In this document: piece after piece, positions 18,162 through 27,833 of the stretch
Position numbering within the stretch: position 1 is the stretch's first letter
How the letters are laid out: each line of letters starts with the position of its first letter
From: Calditrichia bacterium
Lineage (GTDB): Bacteria > Calditrichota > Calditrichia > Calditrichales > J004
DNA: 64,000 nt
Assembly: GCA_020635035.1 (NCBI GenBank)
Contig: JACKAO010000006.1
Location: forward strand, 57,583 to 121,582
Direction: 5' to 3'
The notes under the pieces: model-generated
Told to the model about the DNA's origin: nothing
Database searches by the model: none
Seen by the model: the letters and a program-made list of their open reading frames with translations, nothing else
Program-made: the position numbers and the translations under genes

Positions 18162-18905
18162 ATGTTCAGTTTACGGTGGAAAATCAGTGGTATTTTAGTA
18201 TTCAGTAACCTTGTTCTGGGTACCTTATTAGTACTTATTATCAATAACACCATTTCAGGAATTATTGAAAAAGAAATGATTGAGCGCGGAAGAACACTGG
18301 CAACAAATCTGGCGAATTATTCATCAGAACAAATTTTAGGTGAAGATTTTATTGGGTTAAAACAAACTATCTCAAATGCATTAAGCTTTGAAAGTGTAGA
18401 ATATATTCTCATCCAGGACAGTGAAAATAATATAATTGCGAAAACGTTTAATGATGCAATCCCTGCAGAACTTAATGCCATACTTCAAAACACAGATGAA
18501 ACCGTTCTGAATAATATCGAAATACAGAAAGAATCGGGAGCTGTTAAATGCTGCGATATCGTAGTGCCTGTGCAGGAAGGTTACCTAGGGTATATCAGGG
18601 TTGGTATGAAGCAACAATATATTGAAGATACTGTTTATGATATAAATATTTTAATGATTAGTATAATTAGCGGAATAACATTACTTGGCATAATAGTTGT
18701 GTTAATATTAGCAAACAAAATAATTAGTCCGATAATTTATTTAACTCAAAAAGCTGACGATATAAGCCAAGGAAAACTTGATGAACCCGTTTCAGTTGAC
18801 ACAAAAGACGAAATTCAGCATCTTGGTGAAGCTCTTGACAGACTGAGAGAGAGTGTTCGTATAGCTCTGGACAGACTTAAAAAAAGACAAACAACGCGCA
18901 TATAA
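18162..18905 (+). CDS. membrane sensor with extracytoplasmic domain and HAMP domain, no output domain
   Basis: TM1 (ILVFSNLVLGTLLVLIINN), about 140-aa external domain, TM2 (ISIISGITLLGIIVVLILA), then HAMP (PIIYLTQKADDISQGKLDEPV...DEIQHLGEALDRL). The protein ends about 20 aa after the HAMP domain. Confidence 0.7.
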   Translation: MFSLRWKISGILVFSNLVLGTLLVLIINNTISGIIEKEMIERGRTLATNLANYSSEQILGEDFIGLKQTISNALSFESVEYILIQDSENNIIAKTFNDAIPAELNAILQNTDETVLNNIEIQKESGAVKCCDIVVPVQEGYLGYIRVGMKQQYIEDTVYDINILMISIISGITLLGIIVVLILANKIISPIIYLTQKADDISQGKLDEPVSVDTKDEIQHLGEALDRLRESVRIALDRLKKRQTTRI

Positions 18906-18925
18906 AATAACAGTGGAGTATTTTT

Positions 18926-19438
18926 ATGGTACAAACAAGAAAGCTTAAGGATGGCAGCCGTCAGGTTATCCTGAACGGTAAGCAGTACGATGGTATTACC
19001 AAAGTTCTAACAGAGCTGGCAACAAAAACAAAAGCTTCTGCAATCCTGTTTGCTGATATGAGCGGTCAGTTAATTAGTCAGCGTGGGAATACCGAAAACA
19101 TGAATACAACCGTTCTTTCTGCACTGGCAGCCAGCGATTTTGCCGCTACATCCGAAATGGCCAAACTTGTGGGTGAAGAAGCAAAGTTTAAACTTCTTTT
19201 TCATGAAGGAGAGAAAAGGAATGTTTATCTCTCTAATGTTGGCGACAATTTTTTTCTTGTTGTTGTTTTTGATGTCAGCGTTACATTAGGATTAATTCGT
19301 ATCTATACAAAGAAAGCGATTGAAGATTTATCAGCTATTTTGGATGATGAGTCCGGAAATCAGCCAGACGATGAAAAAATAATTGATTCTGATTTCAGCA
19401 GTCTGCTTGGCGATGCATTAGACGATACATTTAAATAA
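18926..19438 (+). CDS. mglB: roadblock/LC7 protein, MglB-like (putative GTPase-activating partner)
   Basis: AILFADMSGQLIS...LAASDFAATSEMAKLVG...FLVVVFD roadblock pattern. Lies immediately upstream of the mglA-like gene. Confidence 0.7.
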   Translation: MVQTRKLKDGSRQVILNGKQYDGITKVLTELATKTKASAILFADMSGQLISQRGNTENMNTTVLSALAASDFAATSEMAKLVGEEAKFKLLFHEGEKRNVYLSNVGDNFFLVVVFDVSVTLGLIRIYTKKAIEDLSAILDDESGNQPDDEKIIDSDFSSLLGDALDDTFK

Positions 19439-19464
19439 CAGTAAATATTAAAACGAGGCGGATA

Positions 19465-20049
19465 ATGTTTATAAATTGGGCATTACAGGAAATAAATCTG
19501 AAGATTGTCTACTACGGTCCCGGTATGAGCGGAAAAACTACGAATCTTGAATACATCCATTCCAAGCTCGATCCCTCGCTGACCGGAGAATTGGTTTCTC
19601 TTAAGACAAAGGAAGACAGGACTATATTCTTCGATTTTATGCAAATTGAAGTAGGAAAAATAAAAGGTAAAAAACCAAAATTTAATTTATACACGGTTCC
19701 CGGCCAGGTCTACTACGCTTCCAGCCGTAAAGTTATTCTTAATGGTGTTGATGGTATTGTTTTCGTAGCTGATTCGCAACCACATCGTATGGAAGCAAAT
19801 ATCGAAACGTTGCTTGACCTGGAAAGTAATTTAAAAGCTGACGGGCATACTTTAGAGAATTTTCCCTGGGTGATTCAGTATAACAAACGGGACTTACCGG
19901 GTGCTGAAGCAATTGATGTTCTTCAGAAAAAACTTAACTTTTTTGATGTTCCGCATTTTGAAGGTGTTGCTGTTAAGGGAGATGGTGTTTTTAATACATT
20001 GAAATCAACTATCAATCTCGTTGTTCAGCACGTTCAGAATCAGCTTTAG
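19465..20049 (+). CDS. mglA: MglA-like Ras-superfamily small GTPase
   Basis: KIVYYGPGMSGKTTNL P-loop, TVPGQ (G3 with catalytic Gln) and NKRDL (G4). The 194-aa length matches MglA. Confidence 0.85.
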   Translation: MFINWALQEINLKIVYYGPGMSGKTTNLEYIHSKLDPSLTGELVSLKTKEDRTIFFDFMQIEVGKIKGKKPKFNLYTVPGQVYYASSRKVILNGVDGIVFVADSQPHRMEANIETLLDLESNLKADGHTLENFPWVIQYNKRDLPGAEAIDVLQKKLNFFDVPHFEGVAVKGDGVFNTLKSTINLVVQHVQNQL

Positions 20050-20088
20050 CAAATTTAAGATTTATTTTTAAGCAGATTTTATTATTTT

Positions 20089-20131
20089 TATCCCCGTTGT
20101 TTTTATATAAGCAATGGGGATATTAATTTTT
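20089..20131 (+). terminator. rho-independent terminator after mglA operon
   Basis: About 11-bp stem TATCCCCGTTG / CAATGGGGATA (one G:U pair), 12-nt loop, then a T-rich tail TATTAATTTTT. Confidence 0.5.
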
Positions 20132-20199
20132 CAGAATCTGACCTTCCAGATTGGGAGCTTGCCATCAAATCTCAAAGCAATAATTACAATCCAAAAGAA

Positions 20200-21450
20200 G
20201 TGTTCGCATGGACATTGTATGATTTTGCAAATTCTGCCTTTACTACCCTTGTTGTAACATTCATTTACAGTACCTATTTCACAAAATCTATTGCTCTGGA
20301 TGAAATTAGCGGAACTGTGCTTTGGTCTAGGGGGATAACAATTTCTGCAATTCTTATAGCTGTTTTCTCGCCAATAATGGGAATTATTGCCGACAAATCT
20401 GATTTAAGAAAACCTTTTCTTGTAATCATGACTCTTGTCTCAGTTTCTGCAACAACCGCTTTATATTTTGTGCTTCCCGGGCAAACCATTGAAGCACTTG
20501 CTATCTTTATTGTTGCAAATTTTGCTTTTGAAATGGGTATGGTTTTTTATAATGCTTATCTGCCAGACATAGCACCTCCTGATAAGATTGGCAGAATTTC
20601 AGGTTATGGCTGGTCGCTTGGATACGCAGGAGGGCTTTTATGCTTGCTAGTCGCACTTTTTGGCTTCGTTAACCCGGAAATTCCATGGTTTGGTTTTGCA
20701 AAAGAAATTGGTGAAAACATACGTGCAACAAATTTACTGGTTGCTGCATGGTTTGGACTATTTAGCATTCCTGCATTTATTTGGATACGAAAAAGCAGTA
20801 GAGCAAAAAGTGCAGTTAAACTGCAGAGTATACCACTCAATGATCTGATAATTACAATAAAATCAATTGCCCGCTATAAACAAATCATCAGGTTATTAAT
20901 TGCACGAATTTTTTATAATGATGGTTTAATTACAATTTTCGCTTTCGGGGGGATTTATGCAGCGGGTACATTCAACTTTTCATTTGAAGAAATAATAGTA
21001 TTCGGAATCGTACTCAATGTTACTGCCGGATTGGGTGCATTTATTCTTGGTTTTACAGATGATAAACTAGGCGGTAAAAATACAGTTCAGATCAGTAATA
21101 TTGGTCTCTTAGTGGCGACAATTCTTGCCGTTGCAGCTCCGGATAAAACCATTTTCTGGATTGCAGGAATTCTTGTCGGGATATTTTCCGGTCCCAATCA
21201 GGCCGCCAGCCGTTCTCTAATGGGTAGGCTTGTACCAAAAGACAAAGCAAATGAGTTTTATGGCTTTTATGCGTTCTCGGGTAAAGCTACTACTTTTGCA
21301 GGACCGGTATTATTTGGCATAATGACTGAATTATTTAACTCGCAACGTTTGGGTGTGGCTGTGATTATTCTTTTCTTTCTTACAGGTGCCATTTTACTTC
21401 AATTTGTTAATGAAAAATCAGGTATAGCTGAAGCTTCAAAAAAATTATAG
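20200..21450 (+). CDS. MFS transporter, UMF1 (Atg22-like) family
   Basis: The (W)TLYDFANSAF N-terminal signature and about 12 TM helices. GTG start as listed; see findings for the start-site uncertainty. Confidence 0.7.
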   Translation: MFAWTLYDFANSAFTTLVVTFIYSTYFTKSIALDEISGTVLWSRGITISAILIAVFSPIMGIIADKSDLRKPFLVIMTLVSVSATTALYFVLPGQTIEALAIFIVANFAFEMGMVFYNAYLPDIAPPDKIGRISGYGWSLGYAGGLLCLLVALFGFVNPEIPWFGFAKEIGENIRATNLLVAAWFGLFSIPAFIWIRKSSRAKSAVKLQSIPLNDLIITIKSIARYKQIIRLLIARIFYNDGLITIFAFGGIYAAGTFNFSFEEIIVFGIVLNVTAGLGAFILGFTDDKLGGKNTVQISNIGLLVATILAVAAPDKTIFWIAGILVGIFSGPNQAASRSLMGRLVPKDKANEFYGFYAFSGKATTFAGPVLFGIMTELFNSQRLGVAVIILFFLTGAILLQFVNEKSGIAEASKKL

Positions 21451-21598
21451 ATTTCCTGCTTATATGTGGACACATTATCCATGCCACATTCAAAAATTCT
21501 TGTTTTATATAAGAAAAAAAATAAAAGTCTATTTTTTAAAAAACTTAAACTATTTCTTATATTAGACATGTTTGGCTTTTGAAAACTAATTTAAAAAA

Positions 21599-22543
21599 AT
21601 GATTAAAAATAAATTGTTAAGCTTTTTGAAAATAGGTATATTCCCGGCTCTGTTTTTTGTTCTTTGTTATAGCAATATCTATGCAAAAAAAGCCCAATTT
21701 GTGTATGATAAAAAGTACAATTTTTTGTATGAAGATTCTGATAGTTTACTGGTTAAAAATCTGATTGAAAAAATCCGGAAGCCGCTCTCTGAAATCGAGA
21801 ATTTTTTTGATTTGAGAACACAGGCAGTTACAAATATTTATTTGACCAGGTCTGAGTCAGAATTTCAATCGTATGCACAAACCGGATTTCCTGAGTGGTC
21901 ACAGGCAGTTGCACTTCTGCAGCAAAAGACAATTATTCTGCGGATTGCAAATGGTGATGAATTAAACAGGGTGCCACAGGTTTTACTCCATGAGCTGGTC
22001 CATATCATTCTTGGAATAAAATTTCCTGATCTTGATATTCCAACATGGATCCACGAAGGCATAGCTCAAAAATTGAGTAATGAAAGCTTGAACATGGATG
22101 AACAGGTGCTGATTGCGAATGCGTTGTTTAGTGATCGGTTATACGCATTAGCTGATCTTGATTCAATGTTAAGTTTTTCCAGCGTTAAGGCAAGGACAGG
22201 GTATGCATTATCACGATCCGCGATTGATTTCTTTTTGGATCGTTATACAAAAAAAGATCTTTTGGATATTTTAAGCCAACTGCATCGAAAAAAATCTATG
22301 GATCAGGCTTTCAGTGAAGTTACCGGTCGAGATTTTGTTGATTTCCAGGTGGGTTGGTTTGCTTATATTGATGAGAAGTATAAGTGGATGATTTTATTAA
22401 ATACATCCAATCTTATATGGCTTATTTTCATAATTTTGATTGTTTTAGCGTATATTCGTGTAAAATTAAAAAATAAAAAAACTATTCGCTCATGGCCTGA
22501 ACAGGGCATTGATGACATAGACAAACAAGTTAACCATTTTTAG
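21599..22543 (+). CDS. peptidase MA-like zinc metalloprotease with C-terminal TM anchor
   Basis: Signal/TM at the N-terminus. HELVH (HExxH) plus downstream HEGIAQ. TM helix LIWLIFIILIVLAYI near the C-terminus. Confidence 0.55.
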   Translation: MIKNKLLSFLKIGIFPALFFVLCYSNIYAKKAQFVYDKKYNFLYEDSDSLLVKNLIEKIRKPLSEIENFFDLRTQAVTNIYLTRSESEFQSYAQTGFPEWSQAVALLQQKTIILRIANGDELNRVPQVLLHELVHIILGIKFPDLDIPTWIHEGIAQKLSNESLNMDEQVLIANALFSDRLYALADLDSMLSFSSVKARTGYALSRSAIDFFLDRYTKKDLLDILSQLHRKKSMDQAFSEVTGRDFVDFQVGWFAYIDEKYKWMILLNTSNLIWLIFIILIVLAYIRVKLKNKKTIRSWPEQGIDDIDKQVNHF

Positions 22544-22553
22544 GAGATTTAGA

Positions 22554-23099
22554 ATGTATGTACCTAAAAAAATCTTTTTTACCAAAGGAATTGGTATCCA
22601 TCGCGAAAAGTTAACCAGTTTTGAAATGGCTTTAAGGAATGCAGGAATTGCACCTTATAACCTTGTTATGGTTTCCAGTATTTATCCCGCGGGTTGTCAG
22701 GTAGTCGAAGCTGAACCCGGATTGCAAGAACTGACACCGGGACAGATTGTACATGCTGTTTTAAGTAAATCGGAAACAAATGAACCGAACAGAATGATTA
22801 GTGCTTCAATAGGAATCGCGCGGCCAAAAGATGAAAAGTTATATGGTTATCTGAGTGAACATCATTCTTATGGCGAAACTGCTGAGCAATCCGGTAACTA
22901 CGCAGAAGATTTAGCTGCAGAGATGCTTTCAACAATACTTGGTGTAGAATTTGACCCGGATTCATCCTGGGATGAAAAAAGGCAGATCTGGACAATCTCT
23001 GACAAAATAGTTGAATCAAGAAATATAACTGCTGCCGCTACAGGTGACATGACCGGAAAATGGACGACGGTTCTTACTGCTGCAGTTCTGATACCTTAA
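22554..23099 (+). CDS. pdaD: pyruvoyl-dependent arginine decarboxylase
   Basis: 181 aa. PdaD-type sequence with a Ser-Ser self-cleavage site (LVMVSSIYP). Confidence 0.8.
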   Translation: MYVPKKIFFTKGIGIHREKLTSFEMALRNAGIAPYNLVMVSSIYPAGCQVVEAEPGLQELTPGQIVHAVLSKSETNEPNRMISASIGIARPKDEKLYGYLSEHHSYGETAEQSGNYAEDLAAEMLSTILGVEFDPDSSWDEKRQIWTISDKIVESRNITAAATGDMTGKWTTVLTAAVLIP

Positions 23100-23114
23100 C
23101 AGAAGAACTAAAAT

Positions 23115-23966
23115 ATGAGCAATAACTTTCTTGGTATTGAAGAAGAATTTTCATCTATAGAAAATTCACAGGTTGTTATTATCCCTGTTCCGTATGAAAC
23201 AAGCACCAGTTACATGGGGGGTACAAAAGAAGGCCCGCAGGCAATAATTGATGCGTCTGCATATGTTGAACTCTATGATGAAGAAATTGAGAAAGAATCC
23301 TACAGAAAAGGTATTCATACGGTACCGGCAATTAAATTTGTAAATGATGTAAATAAAGATTTTGAATCAATAACAAAAACATTCTCAGCCTATCTTGAAA
23401 TGGGTAAATTTCCAATTGGCTTAGGCGGAGAACATTCTATTTCTTTTCCAATTTTTAAAGCATTTCAGCAAAAGTTTGACAACTTATCTGTTTTACAGCT
23501 TGATGCGCATTCGGATCTTAGAGAAAGTTATGAAGATTCTATTTTTTCACACGCTTGTGTGATGAAAAGAATTTATGGAATGAATACAAATATTGTTCAG
23601 GTTGGTATCCGTTCGCAATGTATTGAAGAAGCAGATTTTATAAAGAAGAATAATATTAATACCATTTATGCGCATGTGTTAAAAAATGAAGGTTTCTATT
23701 CTTCAATAATTGATAAACTAACTGACAATGTTTTTATAACCATTGATGTGGATTATTTTGATCCATCCGTAATACCATCAACAGGTACACCTGAGCCCGG
23801 TGGGTTTTTTTGGGATGAAACAATGGTTTTTCTGAAAAAAGTGTTTGCCCAAAAAAATGTTGTTGGTTTTGATGTTGTCGAACTTAGCCCGCTTAAGGGG
23901 TTGGTACATCCGGATTTCACAATTGCGAAAATGATATACAAATTAATTGGTCACAAGTTTTATTAA
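23115..23966 (+). CDS. speB: agmatinase (arginase/ureohydrolase family)
   Basis: GGEHSI, LDAHSDL and DVDYFDPS Mn-ligand motifs. Adjacent to pdaD. Confidence 0.85.
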   Translation: MSNNFLGIEEEFSSIENSQVVIIPVPYETSTSYMGGTKEGPQAIIDASAYVELYDEEIEKESYRKGIHTVPAIKFVNDVNKDFESITKTFSAYLEMGKFPIGLGGEHSISFPIFKAFQQKFDNLSVLQLDAHSDLRESYEDSIFSHACVMKRIYGMNTNIVQVGIRSQCIEEADFIKKNNINTIYAHVLKNEGFYSSIIDKLTDNVFITIDVDYFDPSVIPSTGTPEPGGFFWDETMVFLKKVFAQKNVVGFDVVELSPLKGLVHPDFTIAKMIYKLIGHKFY

Positions 23967-23981
23967 CAGAAGCAGGAATTA

Positions 23982-26108
23982 ATGGCAAAGGTTAAGTTTG
24001 TTTTTGGCATTCATAATCATCAACCCATCGGAAATTTTGACTTTGTTTTTGAAGACGCCTATCAAAAATCGTACTTACCGTTTTTAAAAATTCTGGAAAA
24101 ACATCCAAAAATACGTATCTCTATTCATTTTACAGGAATTTTACTTGATTGGTTAGAAATTCATCATCCTGAATTACTGCAGCTGGTTAAAAAGCTGCGG
24201 GATAATAATCAGCTGGAGATAATGAGCGGTGGATACTATGAGCCGATTATTTCTGTAATTCCTATGCAGGATCGGATTGGACAAATACAAAAACTAACAA
24301 ACCGTGTTAAAGACCTTTTTGATTATGATGCCAGCGGTATGTGGCTGGCTGAAAGAGTTTGGGAACCAACATTGCCAACGGCGCTTAAAGCAGCGGGTAT
24401 AAAATATACTGTTGTTGATGATACGCATTTCAAATATGCGGGTCTTAAACCTGAAGAACTTGATGGGTACTTTGTATCGGAAGATCTTGGAAACACCGTT
24501 TTTGTCTTTCCGATCAGCAAAAATCTGCGCTATACAATTCCATTTCAGGATCCGCAGGAAACGATTAAGTTGTTGAAAAATTATGTTTCGGAAACTGGCG
24601 ATAAGGTTATTGTTTTTGCTGATGACGGTGAAAAATTTGGTGTCTGGCCGGATACCTATAAACACGTTTATGAAAACGGCTGGCTGGATAGTTTTTTTAC
24701 CGCATTGGAAAACAATCTTGACTGGATAGAAATGGTAACATTTGATGAAGTTATTGAGCAGCTTAAACCAAAATCAAATATTTACCTTCCTACAGCATCC
24801 TATGCGGAAATGATGCATTGGTCTTTATTTAAGGACACCTTCAAAGCTTTTGAAAAATTTGAGCATTATCTTCAGGATCAAAATATGTATGATGACGTCG
24901 GTTTGTTCGTTCGCGGCGGCTTCTGGCGAAATTTTATGTCCAAATACCCTGAAATAAATATCATGCATAAAAAGATGTTGCGGATCAGCGATAAGATGGC
25001 GCAACTCAAGGATACTAAAGGTCTTGAAACTGCTTTTGATGCTTTGTACGCAGGACAATGTAATTGCCCCTATTGGCACGGAGTATTTGGCGGTTTGTAT
25101 CTAAGCCATTTAAGGCATGCAATATTCAGCAATCTCATTCATGCAGAAAAAGTTGTAAGCAAAAAATATCCTGAGATTCTTTCAGAGTTTGAAATATCAG
25201 ATTTTGACCGTGATGGCAGGGATGAAATTTTGGTCGAAACCAAAGTTCATGATGCTTATTTTAAACCTTATGCAGGCGGCTCGATGTTTGAATATGATTT
25301 TAAAGCATCCGAAAAAAACTTGCTGGATACAATGACTCGCCGTGAAGAAGGTTACCATGAGAAGCTGCATCATGCACAAATAGCCGGGGAGCAAAATAAT
25401 TCCGGGGCTGCAAGCATTCACGACCTTGTAATAGCGAAAGAACCAGGGTTAGAAAAGTACCTGATCTATGATAAATATGAGAGAAAATCCTTTGTTGATC
25501 ACTTTCTGGATTTCGACATAACCCCTGAAAAATTTCACAGAAATGATTACACTGAGCGTGGTGATTTTGTAAATGGTGTATACACTCTTGAAAATAAAAG
25601 TATTAGCAAAGAGCATATTACATTCACATTGCAAAAAGATGGCACTCTCCATCTGGATGATAATAAAAATCCTGTTCGTCTTAAAAAAACATTTAAAATT
25701 TCTCGCGCAAAAGAACTCATTGAAACTGAATATGAGATAGTGAACTTATCTGCGGAAGAACTGAATTTCCGGTTTGCGATAGAATTTAACTTTGGCTTGC
25801 AGGCAGGGCATGCGGATGACAGGTATTATTATACTGATAAAGGCCGTCTTGAGAATTCTTTCCTTGATTCAATGGGAATTGTCAATGACAGTGAATTTAT
25901 TGGAATGAAAGATGAATATATGAAAATTGATATTCAGCTTGGGTCAAGCGAAGTGGGTTCTATTTGGCGTATACCTGTGGAAACAATTTCACTTTCAGAA
26001 GCCGGGTTTGAGAGAGTATACCAAAGTTCGTGTATTTTGCTTATAAAGGATTTTAAACTTAAGGACAAGGTTAGCTTTAAAATTGATCATAAAGTGGATT
26101 CCTTTTAA
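23982..26108 (+). CDS. GH57-family alpha-glucan enzyme (alpha-amylase / 4-alpha-glucanotransferase type)
   Basis: GIHNHQPIGNF, WLAERVWEP and ADDGEKFG motifs of GH57. 708 aa. Confidence 0.8.
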   Translation: MAKVKFVFGIHNHQPIGNFDFVFEDAYQKSYLPFLKILEKHPKIRISIHFTGILLDWLEIHHPELLQLVKKLRDNNQLEIMSGGYYEPIISVIPMQDRIGQIQKLTNRVKDLFDYDASGMWLAERVWEPTLPTALKAAGIKYTVVDDTHFKYAGLKPEELDGYFVSEDLGNTVFVFPISKNLRYTIPFQDPQETIKLLKNYVSETGDKVIVFADDGEKFGVWPDTYKHVYENGWLDSFFTALENNLDWIEMVTFDEVIEQLKPKSNIYLPTASYAEMMHWSLFKDTFKAFEKFEHYLQDQNMYDDVGLFVRGGFWRNFMSKYPEINIMHKKMLRISDKMAQLKDTKGLETAFDALYAGQCNCPYWHGVFGGLYLSHLRHAIFSNLIHAEKVVSKKYPEILSEFEISDFDRDGRDEILVETKVHDAYFKPYAGGSMFEYDFKASEKNLLDTMTRREEGYHEKLHHAQIAGEQNNSGAASIHDLVIAKEPGLEKYLIYDKYERKSFVDHFLDFDITPEKFHRNDYTERGDFVNGVYTLENKSISKEHITFTLQKDGTLHLDDNKNPVRLKKTFKISRAKELIETEYEIVNLSAEELNFRFAIEFNFGLQAGHADDRYYYTDKGRLENSFLDSMGIVNDSEFIGMKDEYMKIDIQLGSSEVGSIWRIPVETISLSEAGFERVYQSSCILLIKDFKLKDKVSFKIDHKVDSF

Positions 26109-27731
26109 ATGAAGAGAAGTACAATTGTTGCCGGTACCGCACTTATTTTTGTATTAATAATTTTTTATTATTCTCAGACAGGAGTTTTTTTTTATATAGG
26201 GAACCTGAACTCTGAAGAAAGAGAAAATATTCAGAAGCTCCGTGAAGTTATTTCCCTTACCAAAAATTACTATGTGGATAAAGTAGATTGGAACGAAGCA
26301 ACAGAACAAGCAATAAATGGTATGCTCCACTCACTTGACCCGCATTCAGTGTATTTTAATCCCGAAGAAGCAGAATTGAATGATGAAAGTTTCGATGGAA
26401 AATACCAGGGCATTGGTATCCAATACGATGTAATTGAAGGCTATATAAATGTTATTTCTGTTATACCGGACTCGCCATCGGAAAAAGCCGGTGTTTATGC
26501 AGGTGATGTAATAGTGAGTATAGATGGAGAATCTGCTTTTGGTATCCGAAACGCAGAGGTCCCTAAAAAGCTTAAAGGATTGAAAGGAACCAAAGTAAAT
26601 ATTGGCATTAAGAGAAGTGGCGTTGATGAAGAACTAAAATTTGATATTGTGCGTGATGAAGTACCGATTTTTACAATAAATACATCCTTTATGGCTAATG
26701 ATTCAACTGGGTATATCTGGTTAAATAAATTTATGAGCATTACCGCGGATAAGCTTGAAAGTGAGTTAATCCGAATGGAAAAACTTGGGATGAAACAGCT
26801 TATAATTGATCTCCGGAACAACGGTGGTGGGTTTCTTGCACAAGCAGTCCGGGTTGTTGGTAAGTTTATTTCAGGGCATCAGAAAGTTGTTTATACAAAA
26901 GGCAGGATAAAAGAATTCAGTAATGAACAATATACGGACGATTATGGAAAATCCATCGATCGGGATTACCCTTTGATCCTGTTGATAAATCAATCAAGTG
27001 CAAGTGCATCCGAAATTGTAGCCGGTGCATTGCAGGATTATGATCGGGCATTGATTGTAGGTGAAAGAAGCTTTGGAAAAGGATTAGTTCAGAATGAATT
27101 TTCGCTGAATGATGATTCCCGTTTAAGGTTAACAATATCAAAATATTACACGCCGAGTGGCAGATTAATTCAGCGCCCCTATAAAAACAAAAGTTTAACG
27201 GAGTATTATGATTTGGATAATTTTGATTTAGATTCGTTAAACCGGGAACCGGAATATGATTCTACTCAGGTGTATTATACAAAAAATGGCCGCAAGGTAT
27301 ATGGTGGTGGTGGCATTAAACCAGATGTAGAAATTCCTTATGAAGATTATTCCAAATCGCCTCAATTAACCCGGAAACTTTTTGAAAAAAGATTGTTTTT
27401 TGAAGTTGCATCCGAATTTTCTTCTGAACATAAATATTTTAAGGATCATTTTGATGACTTCCTTACTTATAAAATTAAAGAAAAATGGTTCACGCGATTG
27501 AAAAATGCCGCGATTGAAAAAAATATTGATTTTCACAATGATTTGTGGGAACAGGATCGTGCATATATTGAAAATAGATTAAAAGCAGAAATTGCCCGCA
27601 ATATTTGGTCACAAAATGAATTCTACAGGATAATGCTTCAGTACGATAATCAATTTGATTCAGCCCTTGGTTTATTTGACGAAGCAAGAAAAATACAGCA
27701 GTCAATAAGGCATATAGAAGCCAAAAATTAG
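26109..27731 (+). CDS. S41 carboxy-terminal processing protease
   Basis: N-terminal TM, PDZ region (SPSEKAGVYAGDVIVSIDG), DLRNNGGG and SASASEIVAGALQD catalytic motifs. Confidence 0.85.
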   Translation: MKRSTIVAGTALIFVLIIFYYSQTGVFFYIGNLNSEERENIQKLREVISLTKNYYVDKVDWNEATEQAINGMLHSLDPHSVYFNPEEAELNDESFDGKYQGIGIQYDVIEGYINVISVIPDSPSEKAGVYAGDVIVSIDGESAFGIRNAEVPKKLKGLKGTKVNIGIKRSGVDEELKFDIVRDEVPIFTINTSFMANDSTGYIWLNKFMSITADKLESELIRMEKLGMKQLIIDLRNNGGGFLAQAVRVVGKFISGHQKVVYTKGRIKEFSNEQYTDDYGKSIDRDYPLILLINQSSASASEIVAGALQDYDRALIVGERSFGKGLVQNEFSLNDDSRLRLTISKYYTPSGRLIQRPYKNKSLTEYYDLDNFDLDSLNREPEYDSTQVYYTKNGRKVYGGGGIKPDVEIPYEDYSKSPQLTRKLFEKRLFFEVASEFSSEHKYFKDHFDDFLTYKIKEKWFTRLKNAAIEKNIDFHNDLWEQDRAYIENRLKAEIARNIWSQNEFYRIMLQYDNQFDSALGLFDEARKIQQSIRHIEAKN

Positions 27732-27833
27732 ATTGACTTTAAATAGCGAAAATAGTATACTAAAAAACAAAAAAAACAAACAACTCACCTAAAGAACTGT
27801 AATTATCAACTAAAATTTATAGGAGTTTTTGGT

